From assembly GCA_902803285.1 (NCBI GenBank), contig CADCPC010000069.1, forward strand, positions 1-50,729: 50,729 nt of DNA. Reading direction: 5' to 3'. The position numbers and the translations under genes are program-made. This DNA comes from an uncultured Erysipelotrichaceae bacterium. GTDB lineage: Bacteria; Bacillota_I; Bacilli_A; RFN20; CAG-826. This document shows positions 31,609 to 41,229 of the stretch, one piece after another; within the stretch, counting starts at the first letter, position 1; the number at the start of each line of letters is the position of its first letter. The notes below the pieces were generated by a model that searched no databases, was not told where the DNA came from, and saw nothing but the letters and a program-made list of their open reading frames with translations.

Positions 31609-32199
31609 GATTTGCAAGTTTTTGTCTTGGCTTGGAAAGTGAATTTTAAAGAACACAAATAGAATCAGTTCTGTCACCACCCCAATAGTTAAGACAAGCC
31701 ACCAATAGGAGAAATTAAGCATCAAAATAATGGTGATTATTGAAGCAACAACAAGATAAGTAATAAAAGCAAAGACCGCTCTTCTGGAATACCAAATTCT
31801 TGTTAAAACAATGCCGGTAATTGCGCTAGCAATCCCTCCAAAAGCAAAAGCGACATAAGATAAATTAATTCCTTTAACAAATAAGAACGTAAAGATAACT
31901 AGTGCAATTAAATAAGGAAGTAAGCAGCTAGATAAAGTGATATAAAACCTGTTCCTAATCGTGAACGATCTATTCACTGCTTTGCTATCTGAAATCAACT
32001 CATCAATAGTGACATCAAAATAATCGGCGATCGCGCTTAATCCATCAATGTCAGGAATTGTTTCGCCGTTTTCCCACTTGCTAATTGCCTTTGAAGAATA
32101 ATGAAGTTCTTCTCCTAACTCAGTTTGATTTAGATGATGGGATTTTCTAAGCCTGATAATGTTTTTAGCAAAATTCTGCTTAATTTCATCGATATTCAT
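31600..32199 (-). CDS. XRE-family HTH transcriptional regulator fused to a 4-TM membrane domain
   Basis: 'IIRLRKSHHLNQTELGEELHYSSKAISKWENGETIPD' HTH_3 pattern, with a hydrophobic C-terminal half. Confidence 0.75.
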   Translation of the reverse strand: MNIDEIKQNFAKNIIRLRKSHHLNQTELGEELHYSSKAISKWENGETIPDIDGLSAIADYFDVTIDELISDSKAVNRSFTIRNRFYITLSSCLLPYLIALVIFTFLFVKGINLSYVAFAFGGIASAITGIVLTRIWYSRRAVFAFITYLVVASIITIILMLNFSYWWLVLTIGVVTELILFVFFKIHFPSQDKNLQIKK

Positions 32200-32207
32200 A
32201 TGAATAA

Positions 32208-32236
32208 ATGATAATTCTCTTGTCAGGAGAATTCAA
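32208..32236 (-). promoter_or_regulatory. Promoter TTGAAT-17-TATCAT of the XRE gene, with a perfect 7-bp inverted repeat (AATTCTC-N7-GAGAATT, 32213..32233) filling the spacer; candidate auto-operator
   Basis: On the minus strand, -35 is at 32236..32231 and -10 at 32213..32208. ATG 32199 lies 8 nt downstream with no SD. Confidence 0.5.
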
Positions 32237-32306
32237 TTTTTTCAAATAGAATTGCTTTGTAATTTAGGAGAGTGACTAACAAGAAATATTATTTTTAAAT
32301 AATTAT

Positions 32307-32957
32307 ATGACTGACCACATTAAATCTCTTCCTACATACACTAAAAAACAAGAAATATGGAATTCCATTAGCCATTTTCTTGGTTTTGGTTTTGCGTTAG
32401 CGATTACCATTTATTTTTGTTTATTAAGAAAACCTTTCGCTGATTTATTTCCTTATTTAGTCTATTCATTTTTTATGATGGTTATGTTTTTTGTGTCAGG
32501 TTTTTATCATTCAAGAAAGTTTTCAACCAAAGTTAGAGCGGTATCTAGAATTATTGATCACTGTGATATTTATCTATTTGTCGCCGCCACTTATACTCCA
32601 ATATGCTTTTTCGGCATTAATAATGTCGATATTGCTTTAACCTTATTAGTTATTGAATGGTCGCTCGCTATCATTGGTGTTGTGATGAATGCGATTAATT
32701 TGAATAGTAAGGTAGTTCAGATTGTGGGCTACGCCATCTATCTAGTTGCGGGTTGGGCCATTGTTTTCTTTTATCCTTTCAACCTTGGCATATCGTTTAA
32801 TGTGTTCTTATTTATTTTGCTAGGCGGCATTTCATATACCATTGGTGCAATATTATATAGCATTGGTAATAAGAACCGTTGGTTTCATACTGTCTTCCAC
32901 TTTTTTGTTTTAGCGGGAGCAATTTTACAATTCGTTGGAATTTACTTTTTAATATAG
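32307..32957 (+). CDS. Hemolysin III / PAQR-family membrane protein
   Basis: 7-TM, with 'EIWNSISH', 'HSRKF', 'DHCDIY' and 'HTVFHFFV' motifs. Confidence 0.8.
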   Translation: MTDHIKSLPTYTKKQEIWNSISHFLGFGFALAITIYFCLLRKPFADLFPYLVYSFFMMVMFFVSGFYHSRKFSTKVRAVSRIIDHCDIYLFVAATYTPICFFGINNVDIALTLLVIEWSLAIIGVVMNAINLNSKVVQIVGYAIYLVAGWAIVFFYPFNLGISFNVFLFILLGGISYTIGAILYSIGNKNRWFHTVFHFFVLAGAILQFVGIYFLI

Positions 32958-32971
32958 AATATAATTTCTAT

Positions 32972-33601
32972 ATGGATAATCGTTTCAACATCAAAAGTTT
33001 TTTGTGGAATTTATTGATTGTCAATTTGCTTATTGCTTCTTTATACGAGATGGCTTTTTCTAATGGGCAAGCTTTAACAGCAAATACTTTTTCAGCATTA
33101 AAATATTACACAGTTCAAAGCAATATATTAGCAGGAGTCGCCTCCTTTATATCTCTTATCTTTATTGTTTTTAAGCTTAAATATCCTAAATGGTTGGTAG
33201 TTTTTAAGCTAATTTCTACTTGTTCTGTTTTTTTAACATTCACAACTTGTGTTGTTTATTTAGGGCCTGCAATTGGCTATTTAGCAATATTTAGTGGAGT
33301 CAATCTAATCATGCATTTATTTACTCCTCTTGTTGCCATCTTCCAATTCATTTTTGATGAGCCAAAAGCAGATCTTAAATTCTGGCATAACGGCTTATCA
33401 ACAATCACTATGCTCTTATATGGCATCTTCTATTTTGTTAATATCGCGCTTCATAACGGTTTTGGTAATTTAGAATATGACTGGTATGGTTTCGGCATGT
33501 TTGGTCCTGCAATTGGGGCAGTATTATATGTCGTGATGGCCGGAGTAATATTTGGATTATCGTGTATATTATATTTTTCATATAAAAAGATGCGCAGATA
33601 A
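32972..33601 (+). CDS. Integral membrane protein of unknown function (about 6 TM helices)
   Basis: Start set at ATG 32972 (MDNRFNIK). The track ORF start at 32879 would overlap the hemolysin-III gene by 79 nt. Confidence 0.5.
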   Translation: MDNRFNIKSFLWNLLIVNLLIASLYEMAFSNGQALTANTFSALKYYTVQSNILAGVASFISLIFIVFKLKYPKWLVVFKLISTCSVFLTFTTCVVYLGPAIGYLAIFSGVNLIMHLFTPLVAIFQFIFDEPKADLKFWHNGLSTITMLLYGIFYFVNIALHNGFGNLEYDWYGFGMFGPAIGAVLYVVMAGVIFGLSCILYFSYKKMRR

Positions 33602-33617
33602 GCGCATCTCTTTTTTT
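33588..33617. terminator. Bidirectional intrinsic terminator
   Basis: 8-bp GC-rich stem AGATGCGC / GCGCATCT (33588..33595 / 33602..33609), followed by CTTTTTTT, with an A-run upstream. Confidence 0.8.
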
Positions 33618-33627
33618 ATTAATAAAA

Positions 33628-35064
33628 TTAATAAGCTCTAGCGAACAAGACAACCTTAGTTGCTTTTTTGCCACACACTGGGCAAGTATCACCGAAAGGC
33701 ATTTGATTAAATGGTAAGCATCTCGCAGTAGCACTTGTGAGTTCTTTAATTTTGTCTTCACATGCTCTGTCGCCACACCACATCATCTTAGCGTATCCAC
33801 CTTTTTCTAAAGCGGCGTTTAGTTCATCTAAATTATGAACTTCAGTTGTATGTTCTAATAGATATTTAAGAGCCTTGTCATACATCTCTTTATGAATGAC
33901 TTCTAATAGTTCTTTAACTTTTGTATCTAGTTCACTTAATGGGCAAATGATTTTTTCGCCAGTATTACGTTTAGCAAGAATAACTTGTTCTTTTTCTAAA
34001 TCGCGTGGTCCGACTTCCACTCTTAGTGGAACACCTTTCATTTCCCATTCAGAGAATTTCCATCCTGCTGATTTATCGCTATCATCGCATTTAACACGAT
34101 AACCAAGATTAGAAATACGTTTTGCAATTTCCTTAGCAGCAGGAACAACTCCTGGCTTATTAGCGGCAACAGGAATAATGATAACTTGGATAGGAGCAAC
34201 TTTTGGTGGGAGAACTAATCCATTATCATCTCCATGAGTCATGATGGTTGCGCCGATTAATCTAGTAGAAACCCCCCAAGAAGTTTGATATGGATTTTCT
34301 AATTTGCCTTCTCTAGTTTGGAACTGAATGCCAAATGCTTTTGAGAATCCGTTTCCAAAATAATGTGATGTGCCACTTTGTAAAGCTTTACCATCTGGTA
34401 AAACAGCTTCAATAGAATATGTTTCTAAAGCACCAGCAAACTTTTCTTTATCAGTTTTAATGCCAGTAGAGAATGGAATGGCAAGAACATCTCTTCCTAA
34501 ATCATCATAGATTTCAAGCATTCTTAAGGCTTCACTTCTCGCTTCTTCTTCTGTTTCGTGCATGGTGTGACCTTCTTGCCATAAGAATTCTGCTCCTCTT
34601 AAGAAAGGACGAGTAGTCTTTTCCCAACGAACAACAGAACACCATTGATTGTAAAGCTTAGGTAAGTCTCTATAAGATTTGATAATCTTAGCGTAGTGAT
34701 CGCAGAATAAAACTTCACTGGTAGGTCTAATAATTAAACGATCTTCGATTTCTTCTTTACCGCCTATTGTGGCAATTAATGTTTCTGGAGCAAATCCTTC
34801 AACATGCTCTTTTTCTTTCTTGAATAAGCTTTCTTGAATAACCATAGGCATGTATACGTTTTCGTGCCCTGTTTCTTTAAATCTACGGTCAAGATAGTTT
34901 TGAATTTGTTCCCAAATGGCATAGCCATAAGGACGATAAATGATAAAGCCTTTAACGGGTGAATAATCCATTAATTCTGCTTTTTTACAAATGTCTGTGT
35001 ACCACTGCGCAAAATCATCTTCTTGTCTTGTGATGGCATCATTTTTAATTTGATTGTTTTCCAT
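33628..35064 (-). CDS. proS: Prolyl-tRNA synthetase, archaeal/eukaryote-like type (no INS editing domain, C-terminal Zn-binding domain ending in Tyr)
   Basis: 'FAQWYTDI', 'IRPTSE', '[12 protein letters not shown]', and C-terminal '[18 protein letters not shown]'. ATG 35064 is preceded by GAAGGTGA. Confidence 0.93.
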   Translation of the reverse strand: MENNQIKNDAITRQEDDFAQWYTDICKKAELMDYSPVKGFIIYRPYGYAIWEQIQNYLDRRFKETGHENVYMPMVIQESLFKKEKEHVEGFAPETLIATIGGKEEIEDRLIIRPTSEVLFCDHYAKIIKSYRDLPKLYNQWCSVVRWEKTTRPFLRGAEFLWQEGHTMHETEEEARSEALRMLEIYDDLGRDVLAIPFSTGIKTDKEKFAGALETYSIEAVLPDGKALQSGTSHYFGNGFSKAFGIQFQTREGKLENPYQTSWGVSTRLIGATIMTHGDDNGLVLPPKVAPIQVIIIPVAANKPGVVPAAKEIAKRISNLGYRVKCDDSDKSAGWKFSEWEMKGVPLRVEVGPRDLEKEQVILAKRNTGEKIICPLSELDTKVKELLEVIHKEMYDKALKYLLEHTTEVHNLDELNAALEKGGYAKMMWCGDRACEDKIKELTSATARCLPFNQMPFGDTCPVCGKKATKVVLFARAY

Positions 35065-35069
35065 AAGTA

Positions 35070-36839
35070 TCACCTTCTGATGTTATATTTAATCGCCATA
35101 GAAGCGACTTTTTCCATTTTCTTCTTTTCTAGTGGTAGAAGCATGTCATTGCTTGGAGCAATAACTTCACTAGAAATTAGAGAGATTCCTGATTCGATAA
35201 TCAGTTCTACTGATTGCCAGCTCTCTAAGTCTGTAGCAATAATGTCTTTATTGTATTTGAGTAATGATTCAATAAGTGTATAGGTTGATAGCCTAATACG
35301 ATTATTCTTTCTGATTGTGCTAAGCATAGCGCTACCAACAATGAAATAATCAAATAAGAAATACACCGCATCATCTAATAGCAAGTCTTTATCGTTGAGC
35401 AATAACGCTAAGAAAAAGCCTTTTTCAATCAATGATTTCATAGTGTTCTTAAGTGTCTCGATATTAGAAGCATTTTCGTTGACTTCTTGTTCATCAAAAA
35501 CATAGACGATATGCGCGCTTTCACTAGCAGGGATTTGGTCAATAATCTCCACGATATGTTCGATATCCGCCATAGAGACAGATAGGAATAACTTGCATCC
35601 TCTATCGTGATTTTCGTTAACAAATTTAGGAATAACGTGTTTAGCAACAGTAGCAAAAAATTCAACGTTTTTATTAATTCTGGCGGCATACTTACTCATT
35701 TCTTGGAAATTAGAGAATGGAGAATCATATGCTTTAACATATTCAAAATAGCCAATTACTTGCGACTTAGTTGCATCGATGATAGGTCTATATAAGTATC
35801 TGAGAACATCATCTTTTAAGATGTGGTCAATTTGCTCTTTGTATTGGATCATATCATTTTGAGCATTAATATTTCTTTGATGGAAGACAACTTCTTGACT
35901 GTTGGTTTGGCCAGAAATACAGGCTTCTTTACAGCATTCTAGGATCGAATCAAAGTCTTGATAGTATTGACCGTTTTCAACAACACCAATTACGAAAGAC
36001 ATCAATCCAGAGAAGCCGTTAACTTCCATAGACTTTCTCAATGCATGCGCTATAGAGTTAGCGAGTTGTAAAGCCAAATCTCTATTAGAGAGTTTTAAAT
36101 CAAATAAGAATAATTCGTTTCCACCATCATCAAGAATTTGTCTTTGAACCCTTGGCCCATTGCCAAATGGATAAACAACATTCTTGAGAGTCATAACCAT
36201 ATGTCTCTCAATCTTATTGTTGGAAAGTGTCTTTTGCTTGGTGTAGAAGAATCTTACACAGTAAGAATATCCTCTGAGCGATTTACTCTTATTGATTAAT
36301 CCAGCAATAACACTTCTTTTAACGATGCCAACAGGAGTCTTTCTCTTGTTCTCTTTCATCTTAGGAGCATTGTTTGGAGTGATGTATTTCAATACACGGC
36401 TCTCTAAATGAACTAACCCTATTTCAGGATTATATTTGAGAAGCCTTAATAATGAAAAATAAGGTCTTTTGCTGTTGTTTAGCAAAACATCAGCTTCCAA
36501 GAATTCTTCCGCGTTTTTTGAATCCATGCAGATAGAGAAAATCCAAGTCTTAACTTTTTCAATATCGTTAGGATGGAACTTAGCGTAGAAAGAAGCGAGA
36601 TCAGTTTTGACCTTATGCTTCATATCGCTTTTATTAAAATAAGTAATCTTATTTTCTCTAACATTAATAATGTAAATAATTGTAGAAGAGCTTTCATAAG
36701 AAAGTTGCTTAGCAAAATTATATTCATTACGTGTTGAGATATATAATCCTAAGCTTGTTAAAACGACAATAATAGCCGAGATGAATATTATAAGGAAGAA
36801 TATAAGGAAGTTAATATCGTTAAAGTTGCCTAATTCCAT
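35070..36839 (-). CDS. Membrane-anchored protein with PAS-like, degenerate GGDEF-like (GGNEL) and degenerate EAL-like (EYV) regions
   Basis: N-terminal TM helix. 'FHPNDIEKV' is PAS-like. '[13 protein letters not shown]...SFVIGVVE' is GGDEF-like. '[21 protein letters not shown]...VFDEQEV...LLNDKD' is EAL-like. Pattern match by eye only. Confidence 0.4.
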   Translation of the reverse strand: MELGNFNDINFLIFFLIIFISAIIVVLTSLGLYISTRNEYNFAKQLSYESSSTIIYIINVRENKITYFNKSDMKHKVKTDLASFYAKFHPNDIEKVKTWIFSICMDSKNAEEFLEADVLLNNSKRPYFSLLRLLKYNPEIGLVHLESRVLKYITPNNAPKMKENKRKTPVGIVKRSVIAGLINKSKSLRGYSYCVRFFYTKQKTLSNNKIERHMVMTLKNVVYPFGNGPRVQRQILDDGGNELFLFDLKLSNRDLALQLANSIAHALRKSMEVNGFSGLMSFVIGVVENGQYYQDFDSILECCKEACISGQTNSQEVVFHQRNINAQNDMIQYKEQIDHILKDDVLRYLYRPIIDATKSQVIGYFEYVKAYDSPFSNFQEMSKYAARINKNVEFFATVAKHVIPKFVNENHDRGCKLFLSVSMADIEHIVEIIDQIPASESAHIVYVFDEQEVNENASNIETLKNTMKSLIEKGFFLALLLNDKDLLLDDAVYFLFDYFIVGSAMLSTIRKNNRIRLSTYTLIESLLKYNKDIIATDLESWQSVELIIESGISLISSEVIAPSNDMLLPLEKKKMEKVASMAIKYNIRR

Positions 36840-36846
36840 GTTGTCT

Positions 36847-36875
36847 ATTATACTCTTGCATTATGAATATTTCTA
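36847..36875 (-). promoter_or_regulatory. Promoter TAGAAA-17-TATAAT, 7 nt upstream of ATG 36839 (no SD)
   Basis: On the minus strand, -10 TATAAT is at 36852..36847 and -35 TAGAAA at 36875..36870. Confidence 0.45.
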
Positions 36876-36922
36876 TCTATTCATAAAAGTTGTTTATATT
36901 TTTTACATAAGTTTCTTCTTTG

Positions 36923-36951
36923 TTGGCTAATAAACCGTAATGATATATAAT
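36923..36951 (+). promoter_or_regulatory. Canonical promoter TTGGCT-17-TATAAT for tRNA-Ser(CGA)
   Basis: TTGGCT 36923..36928 and TATAAT 36946..36951. The tRNA starts 10 nt downstream of the -10 box. Confidence 0.6.
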
Positions 36952-36961
36952 GTCTCGCGTT

Positions 36962-37052
36962 GGAGAAGTACCCAAGCGGTTGAAGGGGGCAGTTTCGAAA
37001 ACTGCTAGAGGATGCAAGTCCTGCAGGGGTTCAAATCCCTTCTTCTCCGCCA
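36962..37052 (+). tRNA. tRNA-Ser (anticodon CGA), long variable arm, CCA encoded
   Basis: Acceptor GGAGAAG/CTTCTCC, anticodon stem GCAGT/ACTGC with loop TT-CGA-AA, T-loop TTCAAAT. Confidence 0.88.
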
Positions 37053-37056
37053 AAAA

Positions 37057-37086
37057 AGAGCCCAGAAATTGAGCTCTATTTTTTTA
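37057..37086. terminator. Weak hairpin plus long T-run between tRNA-Ser(CGA) and the convergent YitT gene
   Basis: 5-bp stem AGAGC/GCTCT with an 11-nt loop, then ATTTTTTTATTTTTTT. Confidence 0.4.
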
Positions 37087-37096
37087 TTTTTTTAAC

Positions 37097-38107
37097 CTAT
37101 TCTACAGGTTTAATAAAGAAGTTACCATATGCTTGAATCAATGCTGTAACACTGATGAAAGAATGTTCATCAACTTTCCTTACTAAAGAAACAACTTTTT
37201 TAACTTCATTAGAAGAAATTGTCATAAGAATAATGGTTTTATCTTGATGAGAATAGCCGCCTTTAGCAGCCACATTAGTTGTTGAATGCGGGAAGTTAGA
37301 GATCAAAATAGATGACATTTCTTCCTTGCTAGTAATGATTTGGAGCTGAACCTTCTTGTTTCTGGTATTAATGAAATCTACCACTAACATGGTCACAAAT
37401 AAGTATAAGATGGAGAAGAGCATATTAAGGAAAGCCACTTCAACATATTGTCCACTATTTTTGCCGATTGTTAATGCAGTATAGACAACAATCATCACAC
37501 TATTTATCATCGTGGAATATTTACCTACACTAGTTGATTTTCTCAAAGCGAAATAATAAGAGAAAACATCAATGCCTCCGCAAGATACTTCACCTTTGTA
37601 CGCAAGAGCGGAAGCAATACCTACAGTGACACCTGCAAATAGTACACGTGTAAGATTAGAGTTCTGTAATTGCACGGCAATCTCGTGCATGAAAGATATG
37701 TTATTGAAGATTTGAATGAACGCAGATGACAAACCAACATTCAATAATGTGATTAAAGCAAACTTTTTGCCAACCTTAAAGAAAGCAAAGATTAGAATTG
37801 GGACGTTAAGAGCGAAATACAAGATTGATTGCATCAGGTAGACGTCAGGGTGGACACCACATATTTGTAAGACTAAAGTAATGATTTGAGAGAAACCACC
37901 AACGCCACCTGTAACAACAGATGAGCCTGTAATGAGTGTATGGTCAATGAACGCAGGTGTAATGAAGCAATAGAATCCAAACGCATACAAAATAGCGGCT
38001 ATAGTTGCTAACACTACTGACTTACTGATATTTAAAGTTTCAAGCAACTTTAGATGGTCGTACTTGTAGTTATTCCACTTTCTTTTTAAACGTTCAATTT
38101 TCTTCAT
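37097..38107 (-). CDS. YitT-family membrane protein (DUF161 repeats plus C-terminal DUF2179-like domain)
   Basis: Polytopic N-terminal part with a soluble C-terminal 'KEEMSSILISNFPHSTTNVAAKGGYS...ISVTAL'. The first ATG is at 38107 (the track start at 38116 is TTG). Confidence 0.72.
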   Translation of the reverse strand: MKKIERLKRKWNNYKYDHLKLLETLNISKSVVLATIAAILYAFGFYCFITPAFIDHTLITGSSVVTGGVGGFSQIITLVLQICGVHPDVYLMQSILYFALNVPILIFAFFKVGKKFALITLLNVGLSSAFIQIFNNISFMHEIAVQLQNSNLTRVLFAGVTVGIASALAYKGEVSCGGIDVFSYYFALRKSTSVGKYSTMINSVMIVVYTALTIGKNSGQYVEVAFLNMLFSILYLFVTMLVVDFINTRNKKVQLQIITSKEEMSSILISNFPHSTTNVAAKGGYSHQDKTIILMTISSNEVKKVVSLVRKVDEHSFISVTALIQAYGNFFIKPVE

Positions 38108-38219
38108 ATGGTTCAAAATGTATTGTATATTTCTTGTTTTTAAAAGTCTATATCAAACTTATTTATTTTTTAATTTCATTTTGAAATTAAGTTAGGAGCG
38201 TAGATTTTCTATTATTTTA

Positions 38220-38248
38220 TTGAAAATAACTTGTAGAAATGATAAACT
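38220..38248 (+). promoter_or_regulatory. Promoter TTGAAA-17-TAAACT with an extended -10 TG
   Basis: TTGAAA 38220..38225, TG at 38240..38241, TAAACT 38243..38248. SD TAGGAGG lies before ATG 38286. Confidence 0.5.
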
Positions 38249-38285
38249 TTACTCGCTATATGTAAATATAGGAGGCTACAATCAC

Positions 38286-39146
38286 ATGAAAAAAGTATTT
38301 AGAGCTATCGGTGGATTCTTTGCTAAAATCGGTCGTTGGATTGCTAACACAGCATGGATTCAACCATTATTAATTGTCGGTGGTATCTTCGCCGTCATCT
38401 TCTCTATCCCATACATCAAACGTGGTATCGAAGGTTTAATCAACGCTAATAAAGTTGATGCAGATCTCGAATATTACAAAGCACAAAAACTTGATTTGTC
38501 TGGTGCTGAGACTGGGGAAAGCCAAGTTGATAAACTTCTCACATATCTTGAAGATAAAGATTATGAGTCTGTAACTAAAGATTTTGCAGAAAAATTCTAT
38601 GTTACTTTTGTTAGCAACACATGTGGTAGCTGTAAAGATGCTGTTGGCGCTTTCAAATATTTTGATGGTCACAAGAGTGAACTCAATATTGAAGGAGATG
38701 TTAAATTCTACACAATCTTCATCGACACAATGGGTGGCGAAAACGATAAAGTTAATTTAACGAAGAAAGTTTTTGAAAATCACGAAGACTTATTCGATAA
38801 CATTGTTGCTCAATTTGCTGAAAACGAAGATTACCCATTACTTAAGAATGTTAATTCTAGCGCTAGAAGCACATTAAAGAGCTCTATCGAAGCATTAAGT
38901 AAGGCTGTTACAGGAGATACAGATATTCAAACTCCTACAACATTCATGATTGACTTAACCAATACAGGTAAGGCACAAGAATCATTCGTCTATGGCGTTA
39001 CCGCTCTCTTCTTCAGCATCAACGATTTAATTGATCAATCTGAAAGTACAAAATATGACACCAACGATTTCACTAAAGCAAAGGTTTTAGCAAACTGTTG
39101 GAACTACTCAGACATCTTCGATGTCAATTACGAAAACAACAAGTAA
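38286..39146 (+). CDS. Membrane-anchored thioredoxin-fold protein (CGSC motif), function unknown
   Basis: N-terminal TM helix. 'FYVTFVSNTCGSCKDA' is CxxC after a beta-strand. Later 'IQTPTTFMID' is a cis-Pro-loop-like element. Start is at the ATG after TAGGAGG. Confidence 0.45.
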   Translation: MKKVFRAIGGFFAKIGRWIANTAWIQPLLIVGGIFAVIFSIPYIKRGIEGLINANKVDADLEYYKAQKLDLSGAETGESQVDKLLTYLEDKDYESVTKDFAEKFYVTFVSNTCGSCKDAVGAFKYFDGHKSELNIEGDVKFYTIFIDTMGGENDKVNLTKKVFENHEDLFDNIVAQFAENEDYPLLKNVNSSARSTLKSSIEALSKAVTGDTDIQTPTTFMIDLTNTGKAQESFVYGVTALFFSINDLIDQSESTKYDTNDFTKAKVLANCWNYSDIFDVNYENNK

Positions 39147-39154
39147 TTCAAACA

Positions 39155-39190
39155 TAAAAAAAGAACTTCGCGAGTTGCGAAGTTTTTTTA
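39155..39190. terminator. Bidirectional intrinsic terminator
   Basis: 8-bp stem AACTTCGC / GCGAAGTT (39164..39171 / 39177..39184), flanked by A8 and T5. Confidence 0.8.
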
Positions 39191-39649
39191 TAATCTTTTA
39201 ATAACGCTTTCTGGTACTAATGGAGAAATATCGACTCCACTTTTATGTAGTTCAATGATTGCAGAAGATGAGATAAATGTTTTATCACCTCTCGCCATAA
39301 AGAAGACCATATCAATTGAAGCATTGGCGAATTCATTAGCACTTGCTAAACGGAACTCATATTCAAAATCTGATACCGCTCTTAATCCTCTAATGAGATG
39401 GGTTGCCCCCTTCTGTTTAGCATATTGAACGGTCAAGCCATCAAAAGAATCAACTTCAATGTTTGGCATATCTTGTGTGGCTTCTTTAATCATCTCTACT
39501 CTATCTTTTGTTGAGAAGCGAGATTGTTTACCTGGATTAATTGCCACCAAAACAATGATTTTATCAAAAATACGAGCGGCTCTTTTTAATATATCTAGAT
39601 GGCCGTTAGTAATTGGGTCGAAGCTTCCTGGATAAATTGCAACTTTCAT
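39188..39649 (-). CDS. coaD: Phosphopantetheine adenylyltransferase
   Basis: 'MKVAIYPGSFDPITNGHLDI'. 153 aa. Confidence 0.94.
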   Translation of the reverse strand: MKVAIYPGSFDPITNGHLDILKRAARIFDKIIVLVAINPGKQSRFSTKDRVEMIKEATQDMPNIEVDSFDGLTVQYAKQKGATHLIRGLRAVSDFEYEFRLASANEFANASIDMVFFMARGDKTFISSSAIIELHKSGVDISPLVPESVIKRL

Positions 39650-39651
39650 AA

Positions 39652-40197
39652 TTATTTCCTTAATACCGTTACTGATATTTCACCATAATGATACTCTTTA
39701 ATTATATTATACCAAAGCGGATTTAATGTAACTTGACGTTTACTTTCAAAAGCAAGAATTCCATTATCACTTAATAAATTATGTTCAAAGATATAAGAGA
39801 TAACTTCTTCATATTGTCCACTTTCATAAGGTGGGTCGATATAAATTATATCGAATTGTCTTTTTCTATCATTAAATAACGCTAAAGCTTGGATATCAGT
39901 TATTTTTAACACTTCGGCGTTTTCAATTTTAAGACTTTTTAGATTCTCATTAACATAGTGAATAGCCTTGTCATTTTTATCTACAAACGTAGATTTAGAA
40001 GCTCCTCTAGAAATAGCCTCTATTCCCATAGAACCACTTCCGGCGTATAAATCTAAAAATGTTTTGCCGCTAATATCACCCAAAGAAGAAAAGAAGGCTT
40101 CTCTAATACGGTCTTTGGTCGGCCTAATTTCTGGGTCATCAGTTGGGCCTACTAAAATACGATGACGATATATGCCAGCTATTACACGCATTCCCAT
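39652..40197 (-). CDS. rsmD: 16S rRNA (guanine966-N2)-methyltransferase RsmD
   Basis: 'DLYAGSGSMGIEAISRGA' and 'IYIDPPY'. ATG 40197 forms a TAATG overlap with the upstream stop (the track start at 40203 is TTG). Confidence 0.85.
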   Translation of the reverse strand: MGMRVIAGIYRHRILVGPTDDPEIRPTKDRIREAFFSSLGDISGKTFLDLYAGSGSMGIEAISRGASKSTFVDKNDKAIHYVNENLKSLKIENAEVLKITDIQALALFNDRKRQFDIIYIDPPYESGQYEEVISYIFEHNLLSDNGILAFESKRQVTLNPLWYNIIKEYHYGEISVTVLRK

Positions 40198-40547
40198 TAG
40201 CAACTTTTCCCTTTAAAATCGTTAAATAATATTTGATTTACTTGATATAGAAGTTGTTCTACTTCTGAATAGGCCTTGAGATATTCTCTTACTAGAGGAT
40301 GACTATCTAATTCTTTCTTAGCTTCGAATAGTTTTCTTTTAGCTTCAAGGACCATTTCATCATCTTCTTTATAAATCTTCAAAAGATCATTGTAGTGACT
40401 ATTCGCGGTGTCTTTTCTATAAGAAAGGGCCATCACTTCTTCATTATTATTTATTTCGTTTTCAAGTTTGTTCAAAAGAATAAAACGAGGGTCATTATTC
40501 ATCGCTTCTTGTAATTCTTTAACCTTGAAATAAATCTTATCATCCAT
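40197..40547 (-). CDS. YlbF/YmcA-like small helical protein
   Basis: 116 aa, helical, located upstream of rsmD-coaD as ylbF is in Bacillus subtilis. Sequence-level support is weak. Confidence 0.45.
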   Translation of the reverse strand: MDDKIYFKVKELQEAMNNDPRFILLNKLENEINNNEEVMALSYRKDTANSHYNDLLKIYKEDDEMVLEAKRKLFEAKKELDSHPLVREYLKAYSEVEQLLYQVNQILFNDFKGKSC

Positions 40548-40603
40548 AACTTTTTAATTATACACTATTTGCAAAGCAAAAAGATATAATATAGACTATA
40601 TCT

Positions 40604-41149
40604 ATGAAATTAAAAATCTTTAAAGACTCTAATCCTATCATGCGTCAAAAATCTCTTCCAGTAGAGATGCCTTTATCTCAGGAAGATAAAGATACTTTAT
40701 TTGCAATGCTTGATTATCTAAAAAAGAGTCAAGATGATGACTATGCAAAAAAACATAATATTCGCGCTGGAGTTGGTATGGCAGCCATTCAAATCGGATT
40801 ATTAAAAAGAATGTTTGTTATCTATTATCCAAAAAGCGAAACAGAATATGTTCAATATGCACTAGTTAATCCACAAATTATCGAAGAATCTATCAAGAAA
40901 TGTGCCTTAGAAGGTGGAGAAGGTTGTTTATCTGTTGATAACGAACATCAAGGTTTAGTTCACCGCCACTTCAAGATTGTGATGAAGGCTTACGATTTAT
41001 TACAAGAAAAAGACATTGTCATTACCGCTAGAGGATATGACGCTATCGTCTTGCAACATGAATATGACCATCTAGATGGCAAATTTTTCTACGATAGAAT
41101 TGATAACAATAATCCAAATAAACCTCTCTTCAACGAAGAGATTATCTAA
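40604..41149 (+). CDS. def: Peptide deformylase
   Basis: 'GVGMAAIQIG', 'EGCLSV' and 'HEYDHLDG'. Confidence 0.94.
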   Translation: MKLKIFKDSNPIMRQKSLPVEMPLSQEDKDTLFAMLDYLKKSQDDDYAKKHNIRAGVGMAAIQIGLLKRMFVIYYPKSETEYVQYALVNPQIIEESIKKCALEGGEGCLSVDNEHQGLVHRHFKIVMKAYDLLQEKDIVITARGYDAIVLQHEYDHLDGKFFYDRIDNNNPNKPLFNEEII

Positions 41150-41229
41150 TAACCTTTAAAAAATACAATTTTTTGTGGTAATATGAAATTACCTTATTTT
41201 ACATAGGCAATATAAATATTGGAGGAAGT

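Noticed and set aside
33438-33776. 112-aa minus-strand ORF spanning the terminator between the membrane gene and proS.
   Set aside because: It overlaps the 3' ends of two supported genes and runs through a strong GC-rich terminator hairpin. It has no SD.
38170-38190. 8-bp AT-only inverted repeat TTAATTTC-N5-GAAATTAA in the YitT / Trx-like gene divergent region, considered as an operator.
   Set aside because: It is pure A/T apart from one G:C pair, in an AT-rich intergenic region where such palindromes arise by chance. There is no nearby regulator gene and no second copy in the window.
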